The position numbers were made by a program, and so were the translations under genes. A DNA stretch of 64,000 bases from Gemmatimonadales bacterium (lineage in GTDB: Bacteria; Gemmatimonadota; Gemmatimonadetes; Gemmatimonadales; GWC2-71-9), in the NCBI GenBank assembly GCA_035699205.1, contig DASSBA010000081.1, positions 2,273 through 66,272 of the forward strand, written 5' to 3'. The notes below the pieces were generated by a model that had not been told where the DNA came from, made no database searches, and worked only from the letters and a program-made list of their open reading frames with translations. Below are positions 1 to 8,366 of the stretch, piece after piece. How positions within the stretch are numbered: the stretch's first letter is position 1; each line of letters starts with the position of its first letter.

Positions 1-692
1 CCCCCGCGGACACCCTCGAGGCGCGCGTTCCGGTGATCTACGTAGCCGGCACCTGCATGAACGCGGGCAAGACGGTCGCCGCCACGGAGCTCGTCCGCGG
101 CCTCGCGCGCGGCGGCTTCCGCGTGGCGGCGGCCAAGCTCACCGGGGTCTCGCTCATGCGCGACGCGCTCGCGATGCGCGACGCCGGCGCCGTCGCGGCG
201 CTCACCTTCAACGACGTCGGCATCGCCAGCACCCACGCCGGCGTCACCGTGAGCACCGCGAAGGGGATCTTCAACCGGCTGGCCGCGTCCCGCCCCGACG
301 TCATCGTCGCCGAGCTGGGCGACGGCATCCTCGGCGAATACGGCGTGCAGGACATCCTTCGCGACCGCGAGCTCATGGATGTCGGTGCCGCCTATATCAT
401 GGCTGCCCCCGATCCCGTGGCCTGCTGGGGTGCCGCCGAGCTGATGCGGCGCGAATTCGACCTCTCCATCACCGCCATTACCGGCCCGGCCACCGACAAC
501 GAGGTGGGCCAGGTCTACATTACCACCGGCCTCGGCTTGCCCGCGCACAACGCGCGGCGGGATGCGTGCGGGCTGCTCTCAGTGGTGCGGACGGCGCTGG
601 ACCAATGGGCGGAGGGGCGGAGCGACGGAGAGACGGAGAGAGACGAGCCCTTCCGAGAGGCTTTCCGTCCCTCCGTCCTTCCGGCATCATGA
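1..692 (+). CDS. P-loop protein, DUF1611-like C-terminal domain; 5'-truncated at the window edge
   Basis: Frame is open from nt 3 to TGA 690-692. Walker-A-like motif VAGTCMNAGKT. Stop overlaps the argC ATG (ATGA at 689-692). DUF1611/DgcN-like assignment is from remembered motif pattern only. Confidence 0.5.
   Translation, partial: PADTLEARVPVIYVAGTCMNAGKTVAATELVRGLARGGFRVAAAKLTGVSLMRDALAMRDAGAVAALTFNDVGIASTHAGVTVSTAKGIFNRLAASRPDVIVAELGDGILGEYGVQDILRDRELMDVGAAYIMAAPDPVACWGAAELMRREFDLSITAITGPATDNEVGQVYITTGLGLPAHNARRDACGLLSVVRTALDQWAEGRSDGETERDEPFREAFRPSVLPAS
619..684. repeat. Tandem-unit hairpin element E1 (8-nt unit, about GACGGAGA)
   Basis: Arms 623-640 (CGACGGAGAGACGGAGAG) and 661-678 (CTTTCCGTCCCTCCGTCC) are complementary at 15/18 positions. 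Lies in the last codons of the first CDS, just before the argC start. Confidence 0.6.
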
Positions 693-1735
693 AGGTCGCG
701 GTCATCGGGTCCGCCGGCTACGCCGGCGGCGAGCTCCTGAGGCTCCTGCTCCAGCACCCGGAAGTGGCCGAGTGCGTGGCCACCAGCCGCAGCCAGGGCG
801 GCAAGCCGATCGCCGATGTGCACCCCGCGCTGGCGCCGGTGACGGACGCGCGGTTCTCCGGCGCCACGCCGGGTGAAGCCTCGCGCGGACGTGACGTGGT
901 GTTTCTCTGCCTCGAGCACGGCGAGTCGTCGCGGGTGGCCGGTGAGGTGTTCGAGGCGGCCCCGGGTCTGATCGTGGATCTCGCCGCCGACTTCCGGGTA
1001 CACGACCCGCGGCTCTACGAGCGCTATTACGGTCCCCACGCCGCGCCCGAGCTGGTGCACCGGTTCACCTATGGGCTCGCCGACATCGCAGGCTGCGGGC
1101 TGCGCGGCGCAACGGCGATCGCCGCGCCCGGCTGCTTCGCGACGGCGGCGCAGCTCGCGCTCTATCCGCTGGCCCGCGCGGGCCTGGACGTGACGCCGTC
1201 GCTCTTCGCCGTCACCGGCTCGAGCGGCGCGGGAGTGAAGCCCCGTCCCACGACGCACCACCCGATGCGCGCGCACAACCTGTTCGCGTACTCGGTCCTG
1301 GGCCACCGGCACGAGGCCGAGGTGCTGGCGGCGTGGCGCGGATGGCTGGGCCGCCCGGACGCCACCACCCGGCTGCTGGTCCACTCGGGGCCGTTCGTGC
1401 GCGGCATCTATCTGACGCTGCACGCGTTCGTCCCCAGGGGGGCAATTCGGGACGGGCAACCGGGGACGGTGGCGGCCGGCTGGTTCCGCGCGGCGTACGG
1501 GGACCGGCCATTCGTCCGGGTGCTGGACACCCCGCCCGAGCTCACCCACGTGATCGGCACCAACTACGCGCTGGTTCACGCGGTCGAGAGTCCGGAGGGC
1601 GAGGAGATCCAGGTGACGGTGGCGATCGACAACCTCGTGAAGGGCGCCGGCGGCCAGGCCATCCAGGCGATGAACCTCGCGCTCGGCATCGACGAGCGCG
1701 CGGGACTCGCGGGCGCGGGGATCTATCCATGCTGA
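689..1735 (+). CDS. argC: N-acetyl-gamma-glutamyl-phosphate reductase
   Basis: N-terminus MKVAVIGSAGYAGGELLRLL (NAD fold) and catalytic-Cys region APGCFATAA. About 348 aa. Arg operon context. Confidence 0.9.
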   Translation: MKVAVIGSAGYAGGELLRLLLQHPEVAECVATSRSQGGKPIADVHPALAPVTDARFSGATPGEASRGRDVVFLCLEHGESSRVAGEVFEAAPGLIVDLAADFRVHDPRLYERYYGPHAAPELVHRFTYGLADIAGCGLRGATAIAAPGCFATAAQLALYPLARAGLDVTPSLFAVTGSSGAGVKPRPTTHHPMRAHNLFAYSVLGHRHEAEVLAAWRGWLGRPDATTRLLVHSGPFVRGIYLTLHAFVPRGAIRDGQPGTVAAGWFRAAYGDRPFVRVLDTPPELTHVIGTNYALVHAVESPEGEEIQVTVAIDNLVKGAGGQAIQAMNLALGIDERAGLAGAGIYPC

Positions 1736-2943
1736 ATGCGCGCCGCGATTCCGGCGCTGCTCCGGGAGTCACCCTGAGCGAAGCGGAGGGGCCGGTCTCG
1801 TCCTCTCCGCCACCTGCGCTCCTCCCGGTCTACGCGGCGATGCCCGTGCGTCCCGTCCGCGGCCGCGGTTCATGGCTGATCGACGAGGACGGCCACGAGT
1901 GGCTCGACGCCTATGGCGGCCACGCCGTTGCCTCGACCGGACACAGCCATCCGGACGTGGTGCGCGCCATCGCCGGGCAGGCCGAGCAGCTCCTCTTCTA
2001 CTCCACCGCCGTCCCGCTTCCCCAGCGCGAGGCGCTTGCCGAGACGCTGGCGGAGCGCTGTCCCGATCCGCTGGGTCGCGTCTTCCTGTGCAATTCGGGG
2101 GCGGAGGCCAACGAGAACGCGCTCCACCTGGCACGCCGCTGCACCGGCCGGCAGACGATCGTCTCGTTGCGCGGCGGCTGGCACGGGCGCACGGTCGCGA
2201 CGCTCGCCTGTACCGACGGCCCGCGCTACGAAGCGGCGGCGCGCCGCGCCGGCATGCCGCTCAGCCGCAAGGTGCCGTTCGACGACGTCGCCGCCCTCGA
2301 CGCCGCCATCGACGACACCGTCGCCGCCGTGCTGCTGGAACCGGTCCAGGGCTTCGCTGGCGCGCGCGACTGCTCGCCCGGGTTCCTCCGGGCCGCGCGC
2401 CGGCTGTGCGACGAGCGCGGGGCGGTGCTGCTGTTCGACGAGGTGCAATGCGGCGTCGGCCGCTGCGGCGCGTTCAGCGCGGCCGAAGCGGTGGAGGTGA
2501 CGCCGGACGCGCTCACCTTCGCCAAGGGACTCGCCGGCGGGCTTCCCATCGGGGCGGTGGTGGCCAGTCCGCGGCTCACCGATTCGCTCGTGCCCGGTGA
2601 TCTCGGCAGCACCTTCGGCGGCGGACCGGTGCCTTGCGCCGCGGCGCTCGCCAACATCGGCGTGATCGAGCGGGAGGGGCTCATCGCCAATGCGGTCGAC
2701 GTGGGCGACCAGCTCGCGCGCGGCTCCCGTGCCCTCGGCGTGAAGCAGGTCACCGGGCGTGGGCTGCTGCTCGGTCTCCATCTCGATCGGCCGGCCGCCG
2801 AGGCGCAGCGGGCGCTGTTTTCGCACCGGATCCTCACCGGCACCGCAACCGATCCCCGGGTGCTGCGGCTGCTGCCCCCGCTTTCCTTCTCTCCGCGCGA
2901 GGCCGACCTGCTGCTCGCGGGCCTGCGGGAGGTGCTGGCGTGA
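1729..2943 (+). CDS. argD: Acetylornithine (or succinylornithine) aminotransferase, class III PLP
   Basis: Motifs LLPVYAAMPVRPVRGRGSWLIDEDG, GGHAVASTGHSHP, FDEVQCGVGRCG and the TFAKGLAGG PLP-Lys region. ATG 1729 overlaps the argC stop (ATGCTGA). Confidence 0.9.
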   Translation: MLNARRDSGAAPGVTLSEAEGPVSSSPPPALLPVYAAMPVRPVRGRGSWLIDEDGHEWLDAYGGHAVASTGHSHPDVVRAIAGQAEQLLFYSTAVPLPQREALAETLAERCPDPLGRVFLCNSGAEANENALHLARRCTGRQTIVSLRGGWHGRTVATLACTDGPRYEAAARRAGMPLSRKVPFDDVAALDAAIDDTVAAVLLEPVQGFAGARDCSPGFLRAARRLCDERGAVLLFDEVQCGVGRCGAFSAAEAVEVTPDALTFAKGLAGGLPIGAVVASPRLTDSLVPGDLGSTFGGGPVPCAAALANIGVIEREGLIANAVDVGDQLARGSRALGVKQVTGRGLLLGLHLDRPAAEAQRALFSHRILTGTATDPRVLRLLPPLSFSPREADLLLAGLREVLA

Positions 2944-3959
2944 TCAAGCGCGACTTCCTCGCCCTCGAGGATTGGAGCCGGGACGAGGTGAATGAGCTGC
3001 TCCGTCTGGCCGCGCGGGTCAAGCGCGGCGAGGTCTCCGGCGGTCTCGAGAAGAAGGTGCTGGCGATGGTCTTCATGGACCCGAGCCTGCGCACCCGCAC
3101 CAGCTTCGAGACCGCGATGTTCCTGCACGGCGGGCACGGCGTGGTGCTCGAGCCGGGGAGGGGAAGCTGGCCGCTCGAGACCGAGCCGGGCGCCGTCATG
3201 GACGGCGATACCGTCGAGCACATCATCGACGCCGCCCGCGTCCTCGGCCGCTACGCCGACGCGCTGGGAGTCCGGAGCTTCCCCCGGGGCACCGACTGGG
3301 CGGTGGCGCGTGAGGACTCCGTCCTGCGGAATTTCGTGAAGTACTGCGAGAAACCCGTCATCAACTTCGAGAGCGCGCGGCGCCACCCGTGCCAGGCGCT
3401 TGCGGACGCGATGACCCTGCGCGAGAAGCTCGGGCAGACCGAGGGAAAGCGCTTCGTGCTCACCTGGGCCTGGCACCCGAAGGCGCTGCCCACCGCCGTC
3501 CCGGCCAGTGCCGCGCTCGCGGCGGCTGGGCTGGGGATGGAAATCGTCATCGCGCGACCGGCGGGCTACGAGCTGGACCCGGAGGACACCGCGCTGATCC
3601 GCCGCCTCGCCCAGCAGTCCGGCGGCGAGTTCGTGCACATCATCGACGACCCCGACGAGGCCACGGTCGGCGCGGACGCGGTCTACGTGAAGTCCTGGGG
3701 CTCGGTGAAGCTGTTCGGCCAGCCCCGGGAGGAGGCCGCCCTGCGCGCGGGGCTTCGCGACTGGCGCCTCACCCCCGGCCGACTCCGCTCCACCCGCGGC
3801 GGCAAGGGAATCGTCATGCACTGCCTGCCGGTGCGGCGGAATGTCGAGATCGACGACACGGTGCTCGACGGCCCGAATTCCGTCGTGGTCGACCAGGCGG
3901 AAAATCGGCTGCACGCGCAGCGGGCCTTGTTGTTGGAGCTCATAGGCGGTGAGCGGTGA
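2940..3959 (+). CDS. argF': N-acyl-ornithine carbamoyltransferase-type transcarbamylase (ArgF' type)
   Basis: Has SLRTRTSFE in place of the canonical STRTR context, plus HPCQALAD and HCLPVRRN. GTG 2940 overlaps the argD TGA (GTGA). Confidence 0.8.
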   Translation: MIKRDFLALEDWSRDEVNELLRLAARVKRGEVSGGLEKKVLAMVFMDPSLRTRTSFETAMFLHGGHGVVLEPGRGSWPLETEPGAVMDGDTVEHIIDAARVLGRYADALGVRSFPRGTDWAVAREDSVLRNFVKYCEKPVINFESARRHPCQALADAMTLREKLGQTEGKRFVLTWAWHPKALPTAVPASAALAAAGLGMEIVIARPAGYELDPEDTALIRRLAQQSGGEFVHIIDDPDEATVGADAVYVKSWGSVKLFGQPREEAALRAGLRDWRLTPGRLRSTRGGKGIVMHCLPVRRNVEIDDTVLDGPNSVVVDQAENRLHAQRALLLELIGGER

Positions 3960-4021
3960 GCGGTGAGCGGTAACCGGTGGCTCCTTGGGTCACCGCTCAC
4001 CGCTGACCGCTCACCGCTCAC
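3948..4021. repeat. Tandem-unit hairpin element E2 (7-nt unit GGTGAGC / GCTCACC)
   Basis: Arms 3949-3975 and 3988-4014 are complementary at 25/27 positions with a 12-nt loop. Spans the argF' stop codon and the argF'-argB spacer. Confidence 0.8.
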
Positions 4022-4038
4022 GTCTTCCTGGAGACCGT

Positions 4039-4974
4039 ATGACGATCGATACCTCGAAGGGCATCGCCGGCCTGAAAGGCGCCCTCCGCTACGTCCGCGC
4101 CTATCGCGACCAGGTCTTCGTCGTGAAGCTCGGCGGCGACGTGCTGGGTGAGCCGGAGGTGCTCGATCATGCGGCCGCGCAACTCGCGCTGCTCTCGTCG
4201 CTCAATATCCGGATCGTCGTGGTGCACGGCGGTGGGCCGCAGGCATCCAGGCTGAGCCGCCGGCTCGGCGCCGAGCCGCGCATGGTGGCGGGCCGCCGCG
4301 TCACCGACGATGAGGCGCTCGAGGTGGCCAAGCTGGTCTACGCGGGCCAGCTCAATGTGGATCTGCTCGCGGCACTGCGGGAGCACCGGGTGCAGGCCGT
4401 CGGCCTGAGCGGCGTGGATGCCGACCTCATCACCGCGCACCGGCGGCCGCCGGTGCAGGTGGTGGACGATGCCGGCGTCACCAGCAAGGTGGACTACGGC
4501 CATGTGGGTGACATCGACCGGGTGGACCCGCGCGTCCTCGTCACGCTCATGGAGGCCCGCTTCGTGCCCGTGGTCGCGAGCCTCGCCGGGGGCGAAGATG
4601 GCGAGGTGTTCAACGTGAACGCCGACACCGTCGCCGAGTCGCTCGCGGTGGCGCTCCGGGCCCAGAAACTGATCTTCCTCACCGGCGCGCCAGGGGTGCT
4701 CCGCGACCGGAACGACCCGTCGACCCTGGTCACCTTCGCCGACCCCGACGATCTCGCGAGCCTCATGGCCAGCGGCGTGCTCGCCGGCGGCATGCGGCCC
4801 AAGGTGGAGGCGTGCATCCGCGCGGCCACCGGCGGCGTTGAACGCACCCACATCATCGACGGCCGCGCGCCGGACGCGCTGCTGCTCGAGGTGTTCACCG
4901 GCGCGGGCTGCGGCACGATGATCGTGGGGCGCAAGGAGAAGGCGACGTATCTGGGGGTGGATCTTGCCGGATGA
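4039..4974 (+). CDS. argB: Acetylglutamate kinase
   Basis: Motifs VFVVKLGG, VVHGGGPQ and NVNADT. GGAG lies 6 nt upstream of ATG 4039. Confidence 0.9.
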   Translation: MTIDTSKGIAGLKGALRYVRAYRDQVFVVKLGGDVLGEPEVLDHAAAQLALLSSLNIRIVVVHGGGPQASRLSRRLGAEPRMVAGRRVTDDEALEVAKLVYAGQLNVDLLAALREHRVQAVGLSGVDADLITAHRRPPVQVVDDAGVTSKVDYGHVGDIDRVDPRVLVTLMEARFVPVVASLAGGEDGEVFNVNADTVAESLAVALRAQKLIFLTGAPGVLRDRNDPSTLVTFADPDDLASLMASGVLAGGMRPKVEACIRAATGGVERTHIIDGRAPDALLLEVFTGAGCGTMIVGRKEKATYLGVDLAG

Positions 4975-6040
4975 GATCGAGCTGCTCGGGAAGATGGTCG
5001 CGATCCCCTCCGTGAGCGGGGAGGAGGAAGCGCTCGCGGTCTTTGCCGAGGCCACGGCGCACAGCTGGGGCCTGCGGGTTCGGCGCGACGAGCTGGCCGT
5101 GACGGTCGACGTCCGCGGGCGCGCCGACGGGCCGACGCTCGCGCTGGTTTCGCATCTCGACGTGGTGCCGCCGGGGAAGGGGTGGACCCGCGACCCGTTC
5201 ACGCCGACGATCGAGGGGACCCGGCTGTACGGCCGCGGCTCGGGCGATGCCAAGGCGTCCGTGTCCGCCATGCTCTGCGCCGCGGCGGATGTCGCCGCGG
5301 ACGGCGGCCCCGCCACCGGGCGCCTCCTCGTGATCCTGGGCTACGGCGAGGAGACCAGGCACACCACGATGGAACGGGCCGTCGGGGCCGCGGGCACCAT
5401 CGGCGCCGCCCTCGTGGGCGAGCCGACCAACCTCGACTTCGCCGTCGCCCAGCGCGGGCTGATGATGGTGGACCTGCTCGCCGACGGCGACCAGCGCCAC
5501 GCCGGCTACGCCGCCGCGGACGGGGAGTTCCGGAACGCCGTGCTCGTCCTCGCCCGCGACCTGCTCAGGCTCGACGGTCTCTTCGCCGCGCGGTCGCACC
5601 CCGTGCTCGGCCACACCACCGCCACGCCGACCATGCTCGACGCCGGCGTGAGCCGGAACGTCACGCCGCCGGTGGCCAAGGCCGTGCTCGACATCCGGAG
5701 CACTCCCGACTGGACCCACGACGAGGTGGCGGAGCTGCTGCGGCGCTCGCTCGAGTCTACCGTCGAGGTCACGTCCCAGCGGCTGGTGCCGTGTGAGACG
5801 CCGCCGGGCTCCCGCCTCCTCGAGGTCTTGCGGCGGATGCGGCCGCAATCGGAGACCTTCGGGAGCCCGACCTGCTCGGACTGGGTGTTCCTGCGGCACA
5901 CCGACGCGGTGAAGTGCGGGCCGGGAACGAGCCGGCGGTCGCACACGCCGGATGAGTACGTGGACCTGCCGGAGGTGACGGCGGCGCGGGGGTTCTACGG
6001 GCAGGTGGTGCGGTCGTATCTGGCGGAGAAATCGGTATGA
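4964..6040 (+). CDS. argE: M20 family deacylase (acetylornithine/acetylcitrulline deacetylase-like)
   Basis: Motifs VAIPSVSGEE, SHLDVVPPG and GRGSGDAKAS. TTG 4964 is the start used by the track; ATG 4994 is an alternative. Overlaps the argB end. Confidence 0.7.
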   Translation: MPDEIELLGKMVAIPSVSGEEEALAVFAEATAHSWGLRVRRDELAVTVDVRGRADGPTLALVSHLDVVPPGKGWTRDPFTPTIEGTRLYGRGSGDAKASVSAMLCAAADVAADGGPATGRLLVILGYGEETRHTTMERAVGAAGTIGAALVGEPTNLDFAVAQRGLMMVDLLADGDQRHAGYAAADGEFRNAVLVLARDLLRLDGLFAARSHPVLGHTTATPTMLDAGVSRNVTPPVAKAVLDIRSTPDWTHDEVAELLRRSLESTVEVTSQRLVPCETPPGSRLLEVLRRMRPQSETFGSPTCSDWVFLRHTDAVKCGPGTSRRSHTPDEYVDLPEVTAARGFYGQVVRSYLAEKSV

Positions 6041-6064
6041 GTGGACGGGCCCCGCAGGTTCGTC

Positions 6065-6146
6065 GAGTCATCCTGAGCGCAGCGAAGGAGCCATGCCCGG
6101 ACGCATGCCCCCTTCGCTGTGCTCAGCGTGACTCGCGCTGAGTCAC
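6065..6146 (+). repeat. REP-like hairpin cluster in the argE-argH spacer
   Basis: Stem 6073-6088 pairs with 6111-6126 (15/16). Alternative short stems are 6122-6128/6136-6142 and 6128-6134/6140-6146. The 26-mer 6065-6090 recurs at 1766-1791. Confidence 0.65.
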
Positions 6147-6147
6147 T

Positions 6148-7560
6148 ATGCCGGCCGGTCCCACCACCCTCTGGTCCCCCGCCGCCGCCCCCGACGCGGC
6201 GATGCTCGCCTACACCTCGGGCGACGACCGCGCCTGGGACGCGCGGCTCCTCCGCTGGGACGTGCTCGGCAGTCTGGGCCACATCGAAGGGCTGCGCGCC
6301 TCGCGGCTGCTCTCCGAGCCGGAGTACGCCCGCCTCCGGGCCGGTCTCCGCGCCGCGCTCGCCGAGGTGAGCGCGGGCCGCTTCAGGGTGGCCGCGCGAC
6401 ACGAGGACATCCACACCGCCGTCGAGGAGTGGCTCACGCGCCGGCTGCCGGGCCTGGGCGAGCGCCTGCACACCGGCCGCTCGCGCAACGACCAGGTCGC
6501 CTGCGACCTGCGGCTCTACCTCAAGCACGAGCTGCTCGCGTTGCACGCCGCCGCGCTCGCCCTGGCGGACGCGCTCCTGGCCTTCGCCGCGCGCCATCGC
6601 ACGGTGCTCTGGCCCGGCTATACCCATCAGCGGCGCGCCATGCCTTCCTCGATCGGGCTGTGGGCCAGCGCCTATGCCGAGGGGGTGCTCGATACCGCCG
6701 AGTCGCTCGGCGCCCTCTGGCCGCTGGTGGATCGCTCGCCGCTCGGAAGCGCCGCCGGCTATGGCGTGCCGCTGCCGCTGAAGCGGGAGGTCACGGCACG
6801 CGCGCTCGGCTTCGCCGCGCTCGACCGCAACGTGGCGACGGTGCAGGCGGGCCGCGGCAAGCTGGAGGCCGCGGCACTCTTCTGGTGCACCCAGCTCGGG
6901 CACGAGCTCGCGCGGCTGTCGCAGGACGTCATTCTCTTCAGCGCCGAGGAGTATGGCTACCTCGTGCTGCCGGCCGAGCTCGCCACCGGCTCCAGCATCA
7001 TGCCGCACAAGCGGAATCCCGATCTCTTCGAGCTGACCCGGGGCCGTGCCGCGGCGCTCGAGGGCGACCTCGTCACCGTGCTCCAGCTCAAGGGCAAGCT
7101 CGCCGGCGGCTACCAGCGTGACTTCCAGTTGCTGAAGGAGCCGCTCATGCGCGGGCTGGAGCGAACCGGCGCCATGCTTGCGGTCGTGGCGGATGCTATC
7201 CCGCGCCTGGGCGTGGACCGCGCCCGCTGCGCCGCGGGGCTTCAGGGCGGTGCGCTTGTCACGGATGAGGTAATGCGGCGGGTCGAGGAGGGGCGCCCGT
7301 TCCGCATCGCCTATCGCGAGGTGGCGGCGGCGCTCGAGGCGGGGGAGACATTCCCGCCGCCCAGCCCGGCGAAGATCGTGGCCCGCCGCTCCTCGACGGG
7401 CGGGCTCGGCAATCTCGGCCTCGACAAAGTGCGCGCCCGTCTCAGCCGCGCCCGCGCCTGGCATGCCCGCGAGCGGAACCGGTTCGACCGCGCGATCCGC
7501 AGGCTCGCCGGGCGCGGCATGACCGACCGCCCGAGCGCCCGACGGCCGGCCCGGCCATGA
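6148..7560 (+). CDS. argH: Argininosuccinate lyase
   Basis: GRSRNDQV and the fumarate-lyase signature GSSIMPHKRNPD. 470 aa. Confidence 0.92.
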   Translation: MPAGPTTLWSPAAAPDAAMLAYTSGDDRAWDARLLRWDVLGSLGHIEGLRASRLLSEPEYARLRAGLRAALAEVSAGRFRVAARHEDIHTAVEEWLTRRLPGLGERLHTGRSRNDQVACDLRLYLKHELLALHAAALALADALLAFAARHRTVLWPGYTHQRRAMPSSIGLWASAYAEGVLDTAESLGALWPLVDRSPLGSAAGYGVPLPLKREVTARALGFAALDRNVATVQAGRGKLEAAALFWCTQLGHELARLSQDVILFSAEEYGYLVLPAELATGSSIMPHKRNPDLFELTRGRAAALEGDLVTVLQLKGKLAGGYQRDFQLLKEPLMRGLERTGAMLAVVADAIPRLGVDRARCAAGLQGGALVTDEVMRRVEEGRPFRIAYREVAAALEAGETFPPPSPAKIVARRSSTGGLGNLGLDKVRARLSRARAWHARERNRFDRAIRRLAGRGMTDRPSARRPARP

Positions 7561-8003
7561 CCGCCGACCGCCGCAAGCGCCACCTGAAGATTCTCGAGCT
7601 CATCAGCACCCGGGCCGTTCGCACCCAGGAAGAGCTGGCGGAGGCGCTCACGGCCGAAGGGTGGGAGGTGACGCAGTCTTCGGTGAGCCGCGACATCGCG
7701 ACGCTCCGGCTGATCAAGGTGGACGGCGCCTATCGCCGCCCATCCGCGGTGGTGATTCCGGCCGACCCCAACGTCCGCCGCATCGCCGACGGCGTGCTGG
7801 CGGCCGAGCCGGCCGGCGAGGCGCTCGTCGTCATCCACACCCCGCCGGGCGAGGCCAACCGGGTGGCGGTGGCGCTCGACCGGCTGGCCTGGCCGGACGT
7901 GGTGGGGACCCTCGCCGGCGACGACACCATCTTTCTGGCGGTGAAGGACGGCGCGGCGCAGCGGCGGGTGCTGGGGGAGGTTCGAAAGCTGACCGGGGGG
8001 TGA
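7557..8003 (+). CDS. argR: Arginine repressor
   Basis: N-terminal wHTH (RHLKILELISTRAVRTQEELAEALTAEGWEVTQSSVSRDI) and a C-terminal oligomerisation domain (DDTIFLAV). ATGA overlap with argH. Confidence 0.85.
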   Translation: MTADRRKRHLKILELISTRAVRTQEELAEALTAEGWEVTQSSVSRDIATLRLIKVDGAYRRPSAVVIPADPNVRRIADGVLAAEPAGEALVVIHTPPGEANRVAVALDRLAWPDVVGTLAGDDTIFLAVKDGAAQRRVLGEVRKLTGG

Positions 8004-8366
8004 TGCTGCACCCGGCCGGACCAGGTCCTCAGCGGACCGGCGTCACGCGGACACCCTGGCCGACGGCCCGTGTGCCACGGCCCGTCCGGCTGCTCGGCTT
8101 ACGATAGTGGCGGCGCCGGAGGCGGGCGGACGCTGCTCGCGGCGGGGCCACGGCCGGCCGCGGTATGGCCAGCACGGACCAGTCCCGTCGAGCCGTCCTG
8201 GGCGCGTGTACGGACCGCCGCCTCGCCGCCAGCGCGAGCGCGGTCAGCACGGATTGGGCGATGACTCCGTCGCGGAGTATCAAGCTGGACATTTGCGAGC
8301 CTGTGGGAGACCGGCTAACATACCGGCCCGCGGATAATTCACGGTTAGAAACCGGTTAGTGAGCCC

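Noticed and set aside
515-1579. Long antisense or alternative-frame ORFs throughout the track (for example 515..1579-, 2226..3914-, 16635..19241+, 34675..37632+, 42931..46299-, 46844..48997+, 38322..40202-).
   Set aside because: Their translations are Arg/Pro/Gly/Ala-rich low-complexity strings with no motifs. They overlap ORFs with clear family signatures. This is the typical stop-codon-poor frame artefact of roughly 70% GC DNA.
8029-8292. Small ORFs in the 360-bp argR-SARP spacer (8029..8292-, 8070..8264+, 8107..8337+, 8165..8359+).
   Set aside because: They mutually overlap, are Arg/Pro-rich, and lack RBS or motif support. The region may hold a promoter or ncRNA, but I cannot support a call.
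8337-8343. A single ATTCACG heptamer upstream of the SARP-TPR gene as a third regulated promoter.
   Set aside because: Only one heptamer matches; the second position reads GAAACCG. The N9 position falls on the start codon rather than on a -10. Single 7-mers are expected by chance in 128 kb of two-strand sequence.
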